Of a stretch of 64,000 nucleotides of DNA, positions 25,901 to 38,717 are shown one piece after another. Source of the stretch: Eledone cirrhosa. Taxonomy: Eukaryota. The notes beneath the pieces are model-generated. The model was not told where the DNA came from, ran no database searches, and saw only the letters and a program-made list of their open reading frames with translations. How positions within the stretch are numbered: position 1 is the stretch's first letter; each line of letters begins with the position of its first letter. The position numbers and the translations under genes are program-made. The DNA is taken from positions 1,178,001 through 1,242,000 of the forward strand of contig OZ024744.1 of NCBI GenBank assembly GCA_964016885.1, given 5' to 3'.

Positions 25901-28900
25901 TTTGAGGGAAGACAAGGTAGAGAAAGATAGCTTGGTGAAGAACGAAGTTTTGAGGGAAGACAAGGTAGAGAAAGATAGCTTGATGAAGAACGAAGTTTTG
26001 AGGGAAGACAAGGTAGAGAAAGATAGCTTGGTGAAGAACGAAGTTTTGAGGGAAGACAAGGTAGAGAAAGATAGCTTGATGAAGAACGAAGTTTTGAGGG
26101 AAGACACGGTAGAGAAAGATAGCTTGGTGAAGAACGAAGTTTTGAGGGAAGACAAAGTAGAGAAAGATAGCTTGGTGAAGAACGAAGTTTTGGGGGAAGA
26201 CAATGTAGAGAAAGATAGCTTGATGAAGAACGAAGTTTTGGGAGAAGACAAGGTAGAGAAAGATAGCTTGGTGAAGAACGAGGTTTTGAGGGAAGACAAG
26301 GTAGAGAAAGATAGCTCGGTGAAGAACGAAGTTTTGGGGGAAGACAAGGTAGAGAAAGATAGCTTGGTGAAGAACGAAGTTTTCAGGGAAGACAAGGTAG
26401 AGAAAGATAGCTTGGTGAAGAACGAAGTTTTGAGGGAAGACAAGGTAGAGAAAGATAGTTGGTGAAGAACGAAGTTTTGAGGGAAGACAAGGTAGAGAAA
26501 GATAGCTTGGTGAAGAACGACGTTTTGAGGGAAGACAAGGTAGAGAAAGATAGCTTGGTGAAGAACGGCGTTTTGGGGGAAGAAAATGTAGAGAACGATA
26601 GCTTGGTGAAGAACGACGTTTTGAGGGAAGACAAGGTAGAGATAGATAGCTTGGTGAAGAACGAAGTTTTGAGGGAAGGCAAAGTAGAGAAAGATAGCTT
26701 GGTGAAGAACGAAGTTTTGGAGGAAGACAATGTTGAGAAAGATAGCTTGATGAAGAACGAAGTTTTGGGGGAAGACAAGGTAGAGAAAGATAGCTTGATG
26801 AAGTACGAAGTGTTGGGGGAAGACAAGGTAGAGAAAGATAGCTTGGTGAAGAACGACGTTTTGTGGGAAGACAAGGTAGAGAAATATAGTTGGTGAAGAA
26901 CGAAGTTTTGAGGCAAGACAAGGTAGAGAAAGATAGCTTGGTGAAGAACGAAGTTTTGAGGGAAGACAAGGTAGAGAAAGATAGCTTGGTGAAGAACGAA
27001 GTTTTGGGGGAAGACAAAGTAGAGAAAGATAGCTTGGTGAAGAACGAAGTTTTGAGGGAAGACAAGGTAGAGAAAGATAGCTTGGTGAAGAACGAAGTTT
27101 TGGGGGAAGACAAGGTAGAGAAAGATAGCTTGGTGAAGAACGAAGTTTTGAGGGAAGACAAGGTAGAGAAAGAGAGCTTGGTGAAGAACGAAGTTTTGGG
27201 GGAAGACAAGGTAGAGAAAGATAGCTTGGTGAAGAACGAAGTTTTGAGGGAAGACAAGGTAGAGAAAGATAGCTTGGTGAAGAACGAAGTTTTGGGGGAA
27301 GACAAGGTAGAGAAAGATAGCTTGGTGAAGAACGAATTTTGGGGGAAGACAAGGTAGAGAACGATAGCTTGGTGAAGAACGAAGTTTTGAGGGAAGACAA
27401 GGTAGAGAAAGATAGCTTGGTGAAGAACGAAGTTTTGAGGGAAGTCAAGGTAGAGAAAGATAGCTTGGTGAAGAACGACGTTTTGAGGGAAGACGAGGTA
27501 GAGAAACATAGTTGGTGAAGAACGAAGTTTTGAGGGAAGACAAGGTAGAGAAAGATAGCTTGGTGAAGAACGAAGTTTTGAGGGAAGACAAGGTAGAGAA
27601 AGATAGCTTGATGAAGAACGAAGTTTTGAGGGAAGACAAGGTAGAGAAAGATAGCTTGATGAAGAACGAAGTTTTGAGGGAAGACACGGTAGAGAAAGAT
27701 AGCTTGGTGAAGAACGAAGTTTTGAGGGAAGACAAAGTAGAGAAAGATAGCTTGGTGAAGAACGAAGTTTTGGGGGAAGACAATGTAGAGAAAGATAGCT
27801 TGATGAAGAACGAAGTTTTGGGAGAAGACAAGGTAGAGAAAGATAGCTTGGTGAAGAACGAAGTTTTGAGGGAAGACAAGGTAGAGAAAGATAGCTCGGT
27901 GAAGAACGAAGTTTTGGGGGAAGACAAGGTAGAGAAAGATAGCTTGGTGAAGAACGAAGTTTTCAGGGAAGACAAGGTAGAGAAAGATAGCTTGGTGAAG
28001 AACGAAGTTTTGAGGGAAGACAAGGTAGAGAAAGATAGTTGGTGAAGAACGAAGTTTTGAGGGAAGACAAGGTAGAGAAAGATAGCTTGGTGAAGAACGA
28101 CGTTTTGAGGGAAGACAAGGTAGAGAAAGATAGCTTGGTGAAGAACGACGTTTTGGGGGAAGAAAATGTAGAGAACGATAGCTTGGTGAAGAACGACGTT
28201 TTGAGGGAAGACAAGGTAGAGATAGATAGCTTGGTGAAGAACGAAGTTTTGAGGGAAGGCAAAGTAGAGAAAGATAGCTTGGTGAAGAACGAAGTTTTGG
28301 AGGAAGACAATGTTGAGAAAGATAGCTTGATGAAGAACGAAGTTTTGGGGGAAGACAAGGTAGAGAAACATAGCTTGATGAAGTACGAAGTGTTGGGGGA
28401 AGACAAGGTAGAGAAAGATAGCTTGGTGAAGAACGACGTTTTGTGGGAAGACAAGGTAGAGAAATATAGTTGGTGAAGAACGAAGTTTTGAGGCAAGACA
28501 AGGTAGAGAAAGATAGCTTGGTGAAGAACGAAGTTTTGAGGGAAGACAAGGTAGAGAAAGATAGGTTGGTGAAGAACGAAGTTTTGGGGGAAGACAAGGT
28601 AGAGAAAGATAGCTTGGTGAAGAACGAAGTTTTGAGGGAAGACAAGGTAGAGAAAGATAGCTTGGTGAAGAACGAAGTTTTGAGGGAAGACAAGGTAGAG
28701 AAAGATAGTTGGTGAAGAACGAAGTTTTGAGGGAAGACAAGGTAGAGAAAGATAGCTTGGTGAAGAACGACGTTTTGAGGGAAGACAAGGTAGAGAAAGA
28801 TAGCTTGGTGAAGAACAAAGTTTTGGGGGAAGACAAGGTAGAGAAAGATAGCTTGATGAAGTACGAAGTTTTGGGGGAAGACAAGGTAGAGAAAGATAGC

Positions 28901-31900
28901 TTGTTGAGGAACGACGTTTTGTGGGAAGACAAGGTAGAGAAACATAGTTGGTGAAGAACGAAGTTTTGAGGGAAGACAAGGTAGAGAAAGATAGCTTGGT
29001 GAAGAACGAAGTTTTGAGGGAAGACAAGGTAGAGAAAGATAGCTTGATGAAGAACGAAGTTTTGAGGGAAGACAAGGTAGAGAAAGATAGCTTGATGAAG
29101 TACGAAGTTTTGGGGGAAGACAAGGTAGAGAAAGATAGCTTGGTGAAGAACGAAGTTTTGAGGGAAGACAAGGTAGAGAAAGATAGCTTGATGAAGAACG
29201 AAGTTTTGAGGGAAGACAAGGTAGAGAAAGATAGCTTGGTGAAGAACGAAGTTTTGAGGGAAGACAAAGTAGAGAAAGATAGCTTGGTGAAGAACGAAGT
29301 TTTGGGAGAAGACAAGGTAGAGAAAGATAGCTTGGTGAAGAACGAAGTTTTGAGGGAAGACAAGGTAGAGAAAGATAGCTCGGTGAAGAACGAAGTTTTG
29401 GGGGAAGACAAGGTAGAGAAAGATAGCTTGGTGAAGAACGAAGTTTTCAGGGAAGACAAGGTAGAGAAAGATAGCTTGGTGAAGAACGAAGTTTTGAGGG
29501 AAGGCAAGGTAGAGAAAGATAGTTGGTGAAGAACGAAGTTTTGAGGGAAGACAAGGTAGAGAAAGATAGCTTGGTGAAGAACGACGTTTTGAGGGAAGAC
29601 AAGGTAGAGAAAGATAGCTTGGTGAAGAACGACGTTTTGGGGGAAGAAAAGGTAGAGAAAGATAACTTGGTGAAGAACAAAATTTTGGGGGAAGACAAGG
29701 TAGAGAAAGATAGCTTGGTGAAGAACGAAGTATTGAGGGAAGACTCGGTAGAGAAAGATAGCTTGGTGAAGAACGACGTTTTGAGGGAAGACAAGGTAGA
29801 GAAAGATAGCTTGGTGAAGAACGAGGTTTTGAGGGAAGACAAGGTAGAGAAAGATAGCTTGGTGAAGAACGAAGTTTTGGGGGAAGACAAGGTAGAGAAA
29901 GATAGCTTGGTGAAGAACGAAGTTTTGAGGGAATACAAGGTAGAGAAAGATAGCTTGGTGAAGAACGAAGTTTTGAGGGAAGACAAGGTAGAGAAAGATA
30001 GCTTGGTGAAGAACGAAGTTTTGGGGGAAGACAAGGTAGAGAAAGATAGCTTGGTGAAGAACGAAGTTTTGAGGGAAGACAAGGTAGAGAAAGAGAGCTT
30101 GGTGAAGAACGAAGTTTTGGGGGAAGACAAGGTAGAGAAAGATAGCTTGGTGAAGAACGAAGTTTTGAGGGAAGACAAGGTAGAGAAAGATAGCTTGGTG
30201 AAGAACGAAGTTTTGGGGGAAGACAAGGTAGAGAAAGATAGCTTGGTGAAGAACGAATTTTGGGGGAAGACAAGGTAGAGAACGATAGCTTGGTGAAGAA
30301 CGAAGTTTTGAGGGAAGACAAGGTAGAGAAAGATAGCTTGGTGAAGAACGGAGTTTTGAGGGAAGTCAAGGTAGAGAAAGATAGCTTGGTGAAGAACGAC
30401 GTTTTGAGGGAAGACGAGGTAGAGAAACATAGTTGGTGAAGAACGAAGTTTTGAGGGAAGACAAGGTAGAGAAAGATAGCTTGGTGAAGAACGAAGTTTT
30501 GAGGGAAGACAAGGTAGAGAAAGATAGCTTGATGAAGAACGAAGTTTTGAGGGAAGACAAGGTAGAGAAAGATAGCTTGGTGAAGAACGAAGTTTTGAGG
30601 GAAGACAAGGTAGAGAAAGATAGCTTGATGAAGAACGAAGTTTTGAGGGAAGACACGGTAGAGAAAGATAGCTTGGTGAAGAACGAAGTTTTGAGGGAAG
30701 ACAAAGTAGAGAAAGATAGCTTGGTGAAGAACGAAGTTTTGGGGGAAGACAATGTAGAGAAAGATAGCTTGATGAAGAACGAAGTTTTGGGAGAAGACAA
30801 GGTAGAGAAAGATAGCTTGGTGAAGAACGAGGTTTTGAGGGAAGACAAGGTAGAGAAAGATAGCTCGGTGAAGAACGAAGTTTTGGGGGAAGACAAGGTA
30901 GAGAAAGATAGCTTGGTGAAGAACGAAGTTTTCAGGGAAGACAAGGTAGAGAAAGATAGCTTGGTGAAGAACGAAGTTTTGAGGGAAGACAAGGTAGAGA
31001 AAGATAGTTGGTGAAGAACGAAGTTTTGAGGGAAGACAAGGTAGAGAAAGATAGCTTGGTGAAGAACGACGTTTTGAGGGAAGACAAGGTAGAGAAAGAT
31101 AGCTTGGTGAAGAACGGCGTTTTGGGGGAAGAAAATGTAGAGAACGATAGCTTGGTGAAGAACGACGTTTTGAGGGAAGACAAGGTAGAGATAGATAGCT
31201 TGGTGAAGAACGAAGTTTTGAGGGAAGGCAAAGTAGAGAAAGATAGCTTGGTGAAGAACGAAGTTTTGGAGGAAGACAATGTTGAGAAAGATAGCTTGAT
31301 GAAGAACGAAGTTTTGGGGGAAGACAAGGTAGAGAAAGATAGCTTGGTGAAGAACGAAGTTTTCAGGGAAGACAAGGTAGAGAAAGATAGCTTGGTGAAG
31401 AACGAAGTTTTGAGGGAAGACAAGGTAGAGAAAGATAGTTGGTGAAGAACGAAGTTTTGAGGGAAGACAAGGTAGAGAAAGATAGCTTGGTGAAGAACGA
31501 CGTTTTGAGGGAAGACAAGGTAGAGAAAGATAGCTTGGTGAAGAACGGCGTTTTGGGGGAAGAAAATGTAGAGAACGATAGCTTGGTGAAGAACGACGTT
31601 TTGAGGGAAGACAAGGTAGAGATAGATAGCTTGGTGAAGAACGAAGTTTTGAGGGAAGGCAAAGTAGAGAAAGATAGCTTGGTGAAGAACGAAGTTTTGG
31701 AGGAAGACAATGTTGAGAAAGATAGCTTGATGAAGAACGAAGTTTTGGGGGAAGACAAGGTAGAGAAAGATAGCTTGATGAAGTACGAAGTGTTGGGGGA
31801 AGACAAGGTAGAGAAAGATAGCTTGGTGAAGAACGACGTTTTGTGGGAAGACAAGGTAGAGAAATATAGTTGGTGAAGAACGAAGTTTTGAGGCAAGACA

Positions 31901-34900
31901 AGGTAGAGAAAGATAGCTTGGTGAAGAACGAAGTTTTGAGGGAAGACAAGGTAGAGAAAGATAGCTTGGTGAAGAACGAAGTTTTGGGGGAAGACAAAGT
32001 AGAGAAAGATAGCTTGGTGAAGAACGAAGTTTTGAGGGAAGACAAGGTAGAGAAAGATAGCTTGGTGAAGAACGAAGTTTTGAGGGAAGACAAGGTAGAG
32101 AAAGAGAGCTTGGTGAAGAACGAAGTTTTGGGGGAAGACAAGGTAGAGAAAGATAGCTTGGTGAAGAACGAAGTTTTGAGGGAAGACAAGGTAGAGAAAG
32201 ATAGCTTGGTGAAGAACGAAGTTTTGGGGGAAGACAAGGTAGAGAAAGATAGCTTGGTGAAGAACGAATTTTGGGGGAAGACAAGGTAGAGAACGATAGC
32301 TTGGTGAAGAACGAAGTTTTGAGGGAAGACAAGGTAGAGAAAGATAGCTTGGTGAAGAACGAAGTTTTGAGGGAAGTCAAGGTAGAGAAAGATAGCTTGG
32401 TGAAGAACGACGTTTTGAGGGAAGACGAGGTAGAGAAACATAGTTGGTGAAGAACGAAGTTTTGAGGGAAGACAAGGTAGAGAAAGATAGCTTGGTGAAG
32501 AACGAAGTTTTGAGGGAAGACAAGGTAGAGAAAGATAGCTTGATGAAGAACGAAGTTTTGAGGGAAGACAAGGTAGAGAAAGATAGCTTGATGAAGAACG
32601 AAGTTTTGAGGGAAGACACGGTAGAGAAAGATAGCTTGGTGAAGAACGAAGTTTTGAGGGAAGACAAAGTAGAGAAAGATAGCTTGGTGAAGAACGAAGT
32701 TTTGGGGGAAGACAATGTAGAGAAAGATAGCTTGATGAAGAACGAAGTTTTGGGAGAAGACAAGGTAGAGAAAGATAGCTTGGTGAAGAACGAAGTTTTG
32801 AGGGAAGACAAGGTAGAGAAAGATAGCTCGGTGAAGAACGAAGTTTTGGGGGAAGACAAGGTAGAGAAAGATAGCTTGGTGAAGAACGAAGTTTTCAGGG
32901 AAGACAAGGTAGAGAAAGATAGCTTGGTGAAGAACGAAGTTTTGAGGGAAGACAAGGTAGAGAAAGATAGTTGGTGAAGAACGAAGTTTTGAGGGAAGAC
33001 AAGGTAGAGAAAGATAGCTTGGTGAAGAACGACGTTTTGAGGGAAGACAAGGTAGAGAAAGATAGCTTGGTGAAGAACGACGTTTTGGGGGAAGAAAATG
33101 TAGAGAACGATAGCTTGGTGAAGAACGACGTTTTGAGGGAAGACAAGGTAGAGATAGATAGCTTGGTGAAGAACGAAGTTTTGAGGGAAGGCAAAGTAGA
33201 GAAAGATAGCTTGGTGAAGAACGAAGTTTTGGAGGAAGACAATGTTGAGAAAGATAGCTTGATGAAGAACGAAGTTTTGGGGGAAGACAAGGTAGAGAAA
33301 CATAGCTTGATGAAGTACGAAGTGTTGGGGGAAGACAAGGTAGAGAAAGATAGCTTGGTGAAGAACGACGTTTTGTGGGAAGACAAGGTAGAGAAATATA
33401 GTTGGTGAAGAACGAAGTTTTGAGGCAAGACAAGGTAGAGAAAGATAGCTTGGTGAAGAACGAAGTTTTGAGGGAAGACAAGGTAGAGAAAGATAGGTTG
33501 GTGAAGAACGAAGTTTTGGGGGAAGACAAGGTAGAGAAAGATAGCTTGGTGAAGAACGAAGTTTTGAGGGAAGACAAGGTAGAGAAAGATAGCTTGGTGA
33601 AGAACGAAGTTTTGAGGGAAGACAAGGTAGAGAAAGATAGTTGGTGAAGAACGAAGTTTTGAGGGAAGACAAGGTAGAGAAAGATAGCTTGGTGAAGAAC
33701 GACGTTTTGAGGGAAGACAAGGTAGAGAAAGATAGCTTGGTGAAGAACAAAGTTTTGGGGGAAGACAAGGTAGAGAAAGATAGCTTGATGAAGTACGAAG
33801 TTTTGGGGGAAGACAAGGTAGAGAAAGATAGCTTGTTGAGGAACGACGTTTTGTGGGAAGACAAGGTAGAGAAACATAGTTGGTGAAGAACGAAGTTTTG
33901 AGGGAAGACAAGGTAGAGAAAGATAGCTTGGTGAAGAACGAAGTTTTGAGGGAAGACAAGGTAGAGAAAGATAGCTTGATGAAGAACGAAGTTTTGAGGG
34001 AAGACAAGGTAGAGAAAGATAGCTTGATGAAGTACGAAGTTTTGGGGGAAGACAAGGTAGAGAAAGATAGCTTGGTGAAGAACGAAGTTTTGAGGGAAGA
34101 CAAGGTAGAGAAAGATAGCTTGATGAAGAACGAAGTTTTGAGGGAAGACAAGGTAGAGAAAGATAGCTTGGTGAAGAACGAAGTTTTGAGGGAAGACAAA
34201 GTAGAGAAAGATAGCTTGGTGAAGAACGAAGTTTTGGGAGAAGACAAGTTAGAGAAAGATAGCTTGGTGAAGAACGAAGTTTTGAGGGAAGACAAGGTAG
34301 AGAAAGATAGCTCGGTGAAGAACGAAGTTTTGGGGGAAGACAAGGTAGAGAAAGATAGCTTGGTGAAGAACGAAGTTTTCAGGGAAGACAAGGTAGAGAA
34401 AGATAGCTTGGTGAAGAACGAAGTTTTGAGGGAAGGCAAGGTAGAGAAAGATAGTTGGTGAAGAACGAAGTTTTGAGGGAAGACAAGGTAGAGAAAGATA
34501 GCTTGGTGAAGAACGACGTTTTGAGGGAAGACAAGGTAGAGAAAGATAGCTTGGTGAAGAACGACGTTTTGGGGGAAGAAAAGGTAGAGAAAGATAACTT
34601 GGTGAAGAACAAAATTTTGGGGGAAGACAAGGTAGAGAAAGATAGCTTGGTGAAGAACGAAGTATTGAGGGAAGACTCGGTAGAGAAAGATAGCTTGGTG
34701 AAGAACGACGTTTTGAGGGAAGACAAGGTAGAGAAAGATAGCTTGGTGAAGAACGAGGTTTTGAGGGAAGACAAGGTAGAGAAAGATAGCTTGGTGAAGA
34801 ACGAAGTTTTGGGGGAAGACAAGGTAGAGAAAGATAGCTTGGTGAAGAACGAAGTTTTGAGGGAATACAAGGTAGAGAAAGATAGCTTGGTGAAGAACGA

Positions 34901-36992
34901 AGTTTTGAGGGAAGACAAGGTAGAGAAAGATAGCTTGGTGAAGAACGAAGTTTTGGGGGAAGACAAGGTAGAGAAAGATAGCTTGGTGAAGAACGAAGTT
35001 TTGAGGGAAGACAAGGTAGAGAAAGAGAGCTTGGTGAAGAACGAAGTTTTGGGGGAAGACAAGGTAGAGAAAGATAGCTTGGTGAAGAACGAAGTTTTGA
35101 GGGAAGACAAGGTAGAGAAAGATAGCTTGGTGAAGAACGAAGTTTTGGGGGAAGACAAGGTAGAGAAAGATAGCTTGGTGAAGAACGAATTTTGGGGGAA
35201 GACAAGGTAGAGAACGATAGCTTGGTGAAGAACGAAGTTTTGAGGGAAGACAAGGTAGAGAAAGATAGCTTGGTGAAGAACGGAGTTTTGAGGGAAGTCA
35301 AGGTAGAGAAAGATAGCTTGGTGAAGAACGACGTTTTGAGGGAAGACGAGGTAGAGAAACATAGTTGGTGAAGAACGAAGTTTTGAGGGAAGACAAGGTA
35401 GAGAAAGATAGCTTGGTGAAGAACGAAGTTTTGAGGGAAGACAAGGTAGAGAAAGATAGCTTGATGAAGAACGAAGTTTTGAGGGAAGACAAGGTAGAGA
35501 AAGATAGCTTGGTGAAGAACGAAGTTTTGAGGGAAGACAAGGTAGAGAAAGATAGCTTGATGAAGAACGAAGTTTTGAGGGAAGACACGGTAGAGAAAGA
35601 TAGCTTGGTGAAGAACGAAGTTTTGAGGGAAGACAAAGTAGAGAAAGATAGCTTGGTGAAGAACGAAGTTTTGGGGGAAGACAATGTAGAGAAAGATAGC
35701 TTGATGAAGAACGAAGTTTTGGGAGAAGACAAGGTAGAGAAAGATAGCTTGGTGAAGAACGAGGTTTTGAGGGAAGACAAGGTAGAGAAAGATAGCTCGG
35801 TGAAGAACGAAGTTTTGGGGGAAGACAAGGTAGAGAAAGATAGCTTGGTGAAGAACGAAGTTTTCAGGGAAGACAAGGTAGAGAAAGATAGCTTGGTGAA
35901 GAACGAAGTTTTGAGGGAAGACAAGGTAGAGAAAGATAGTTGGTGAAGAACGAAGTTTTGAGGGAAGACAAGGTAGAGAAAGATAGCTTGGTGAAGAACG
36001 ACGTTTTGAGGGAAGACAAGGTAGAGAAAGATAGCTTGGTGAAGAACGGCGTTTTGGGGGAAGAAAATGTAGAGAACGATAGCTTGGTGAAGAACGACGT
36101 TTTGAGGGAAGACAAGGTAGAGATAGATAGCTTGGTGAAGAACGAAGTTTTGAGGGAAGGCAAAGTAGAGAAAGATAGCTTGGTGAAGAACGAAGTTTTG
36201 GAGGAAGACAATGTTGAGAAAGATAGCTTGATGAAGAACGAAGTTTTGGGGGAAGACAAGGTAGAGAAAGATAGCTTGATGAAGTACGAAGTGTTGGGGG
36301 AAGACAAGGTAGAGAAAGATAGCTTGGTGAAGAACGACGTTTTGTGGGAAGACAAGGTAGAGAAATATAGTTGGTGAAGAACGAAGTTTTGAGGCAAGAC
36401 AAGGTAGAGAAAGATAGCTTGGTGAAGAACGAAGTTTTGAGGGAAGACAAGGTAGAGAAAGATAGCTTGGTGAAGAACGAAGTTTTGGGGGAAGACAAAG
36501 TAGAGAAAGATAGCTTGGTGAAGAACGAAGTTTTGAGGGAAGACAAGGTAGAGAAAGATAGCTTGGTGAAGAACGAAGTTTTGGGGGAAGACAAGGTAGA
36601 GAAAGATAGCTTGGTGAAGAACGAAGTTTTGAGGGAAGACAAGGTAGAGAAAGAGAGCTTGGTGAAGAACGAAGTTTTGGGGGAAGACAAGGTAGAGAAA
36701 GATAGCTTGGTGAAGAACGAAGTTTTGAGGGAAGACAAGGTAGAGAAAGATAGCTTGGTGAAGAACGAAGTTTTGGGGGAAGACAAGGTAGAGAAAGATA
36801 GCTTGGTGAAGAACGAATTTTGGGGGAAGACAAGGTAGAGAACGATAGCTTGGTGAAGAACGAAGTTTTGAGGGAAGACAAGGTAGAGAAAGATAGCTTG
36901 GTGAAGAACGAAGTTTTGAGGGAAGTCAAGGTAGAGAAAGATAGCTTGGTGAAGAACGACGTTTTGAGGGAAGACGAGGTAGAGAAACATAG
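22915..36992. repeat. Higher-order repeat of ~4.55-4.93 kb, 3 tandem copies (22915-27511, 27512-32443, 32444-36992)
   Basis: Diagnostic variants occur once per copy: GATAGGTTGG (24011, 28560, 33492), AAACATAGCTTGATG (~23817, 28366, 33298), GAAGGCAAGGTAG (~24951, 29500, 34432) and AACAAAATTTTGG (~25127, 29676, 34608). Offsets are 4549 and 4932. Confidence 0.92.
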
Positions 36993-38717
36993 TTGGTGAA
37001 GAACGAAGTTTTGAGGGAAGACAAGGTAGAGAAAGATAGCTTGGTGAAGAACGAAGTTTTGAGGGAAGACAAGGTAGAGAAAGATAGCTTGATGAAGAAC
37101 GAAGTTTTGAGGGAAGACAAGGTAGAGAAAGATAGCTTGGTGAAGAACGAAGTTTTGAGGGAAGACAAGGTAGAGAAAGATAGCTTGATGAAGAACGAAG
37201 TTTTGAGGGAAGACACGGTAGAGAAAGATAGCTTGGTGAAGAACGAAGTTTTGAGGGAAGACAAAGTAGAGAAAGATAGCTTGGTGAAGAACGAAGTTTT
37301 GGGGGAAGACAATGTAGAGAAAGATAGCTTGATGAAGAACGAAGTTTTGGGAGAAGACAAGGTAGAGAAAGATAGCTTGGTGAAGAACGAGGTTTTGAGG
37401 GAAGACAAGGTAGAGAAAGATAGCTCGGTGAAGAACGAAGTTTTGGGGGAAGACAAGGTAGAGAAAGATAGCTTGGTGAAGAACGAAGTTTTCAGGGAAG
37501 ACAAGGTAGAGAAAGATAGCTTGGTGAAGAACGAAGTTTTGAGGGAAGACAAGGTAGAGAAAGATAGTTGGTGAAGAACGAAGTTTTGAGGGAAGACAAG
37601 GTAGAGAAAGATAGCTTGGTGAAGAACGACGTTTTGAGGGAAGACAAGGTAGAGAAAGATAGCTTGGTGAAGAACGGCGTTTTGGGGGAAGAAAATGTAG
37701 AGAACGATAGCTTGGTGAAGAACGACGTTTTGAGGGAAGACAAGGTAGAGATAGATAGCTTGGTGAAGAACGAAGTTTTGAGGGAAGGCAAAGTAGAGAA
37801 AGATAGCTTGGTGAAGAACGAAGTTTTGGAGGAAGACAATGTTGAGAAAGATAGCTTGATGAAGAACGAAGTTTTGGGGGAAGACAAGGTAGAGAAAGAT
37901 AGCTTGATGAAGTACGAAGTGTTGGGGGAAGACAAGGTAGAGAAAGATAGCTTGGTGAAGAACGACGTTTTGTGGGAAGACAAGGTAGAGAAATATAGTT
38001 GGTGAAGAACGAAGTTTTGAGGCAAGACAAGGTAGAGAAAGATAGCTTGGTGAAGAACGAAGTTTTGAGGGAAGACAAGGTAGAGAAAGATAGCTTGGTG
38101 AAGAACGAAGTTTTGGGGGAAGACAAAGTAGAGAAAGATAGCTTGGTGAAGAACGAAGTTTTGAGGGAAGACAAGGTAGAGAAAGATAGCTTGGTGAAGA
38201 ACGAAGTTTTGGGGTAAGACAAGGTAGAGAAAGATAGCTTGGTGAAGAACGAAGTTTTGAGGGAAGACAAGGTATAGAAAGAGAGCTTGATGAAGAACGA
38301 AGTTTTGAGGGGAGACAAGGTAGAGAAAGATAGCTTGATGAAGTACGAAATATTGGGGGAAGACAAGGTAGAGAAAGATAGCTTGGTGAAGAACGAAGTT
38401 TTGAGGGAAGACAAGGTAGAGAAAGATAGCTTGATGAAGAAAGAAGTTTTGAGGGAAGACAAGGTAGAGAAAGATAACTTGGTGAAGAACGAAGTTTTGA
38501 GGGAAGCCAAAGTAGAGAAAGATAGCTTGGTGAAGAACGAGGTTTTGGGGGAAGACAATGTTGAGAAAGATAGCTTGATGAAGAACGAAGTTTTGGGGGA
38601 AGACAAGGTAGAGAAAGATAGCTTGGTGAAGAACGAAGTTTTGAGGGAAGACAAGGTAGAGAAAGATAGCTTGGTGAAGAACGAAGTTTTGAGGGAAGAC
38701 AAGGTAGAGAAAGATAG

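Noticed and set aside
11680-36992. Large duplications as pure assembly artefacts
   Set aside because: Copies differ by point changes (GACTAG ~13792 vs GACAAG ~18535; AAGTTAG ~34246) and by whole-monomer gains and losses, which favours real events. Only read-level data can fully exclude artefact.
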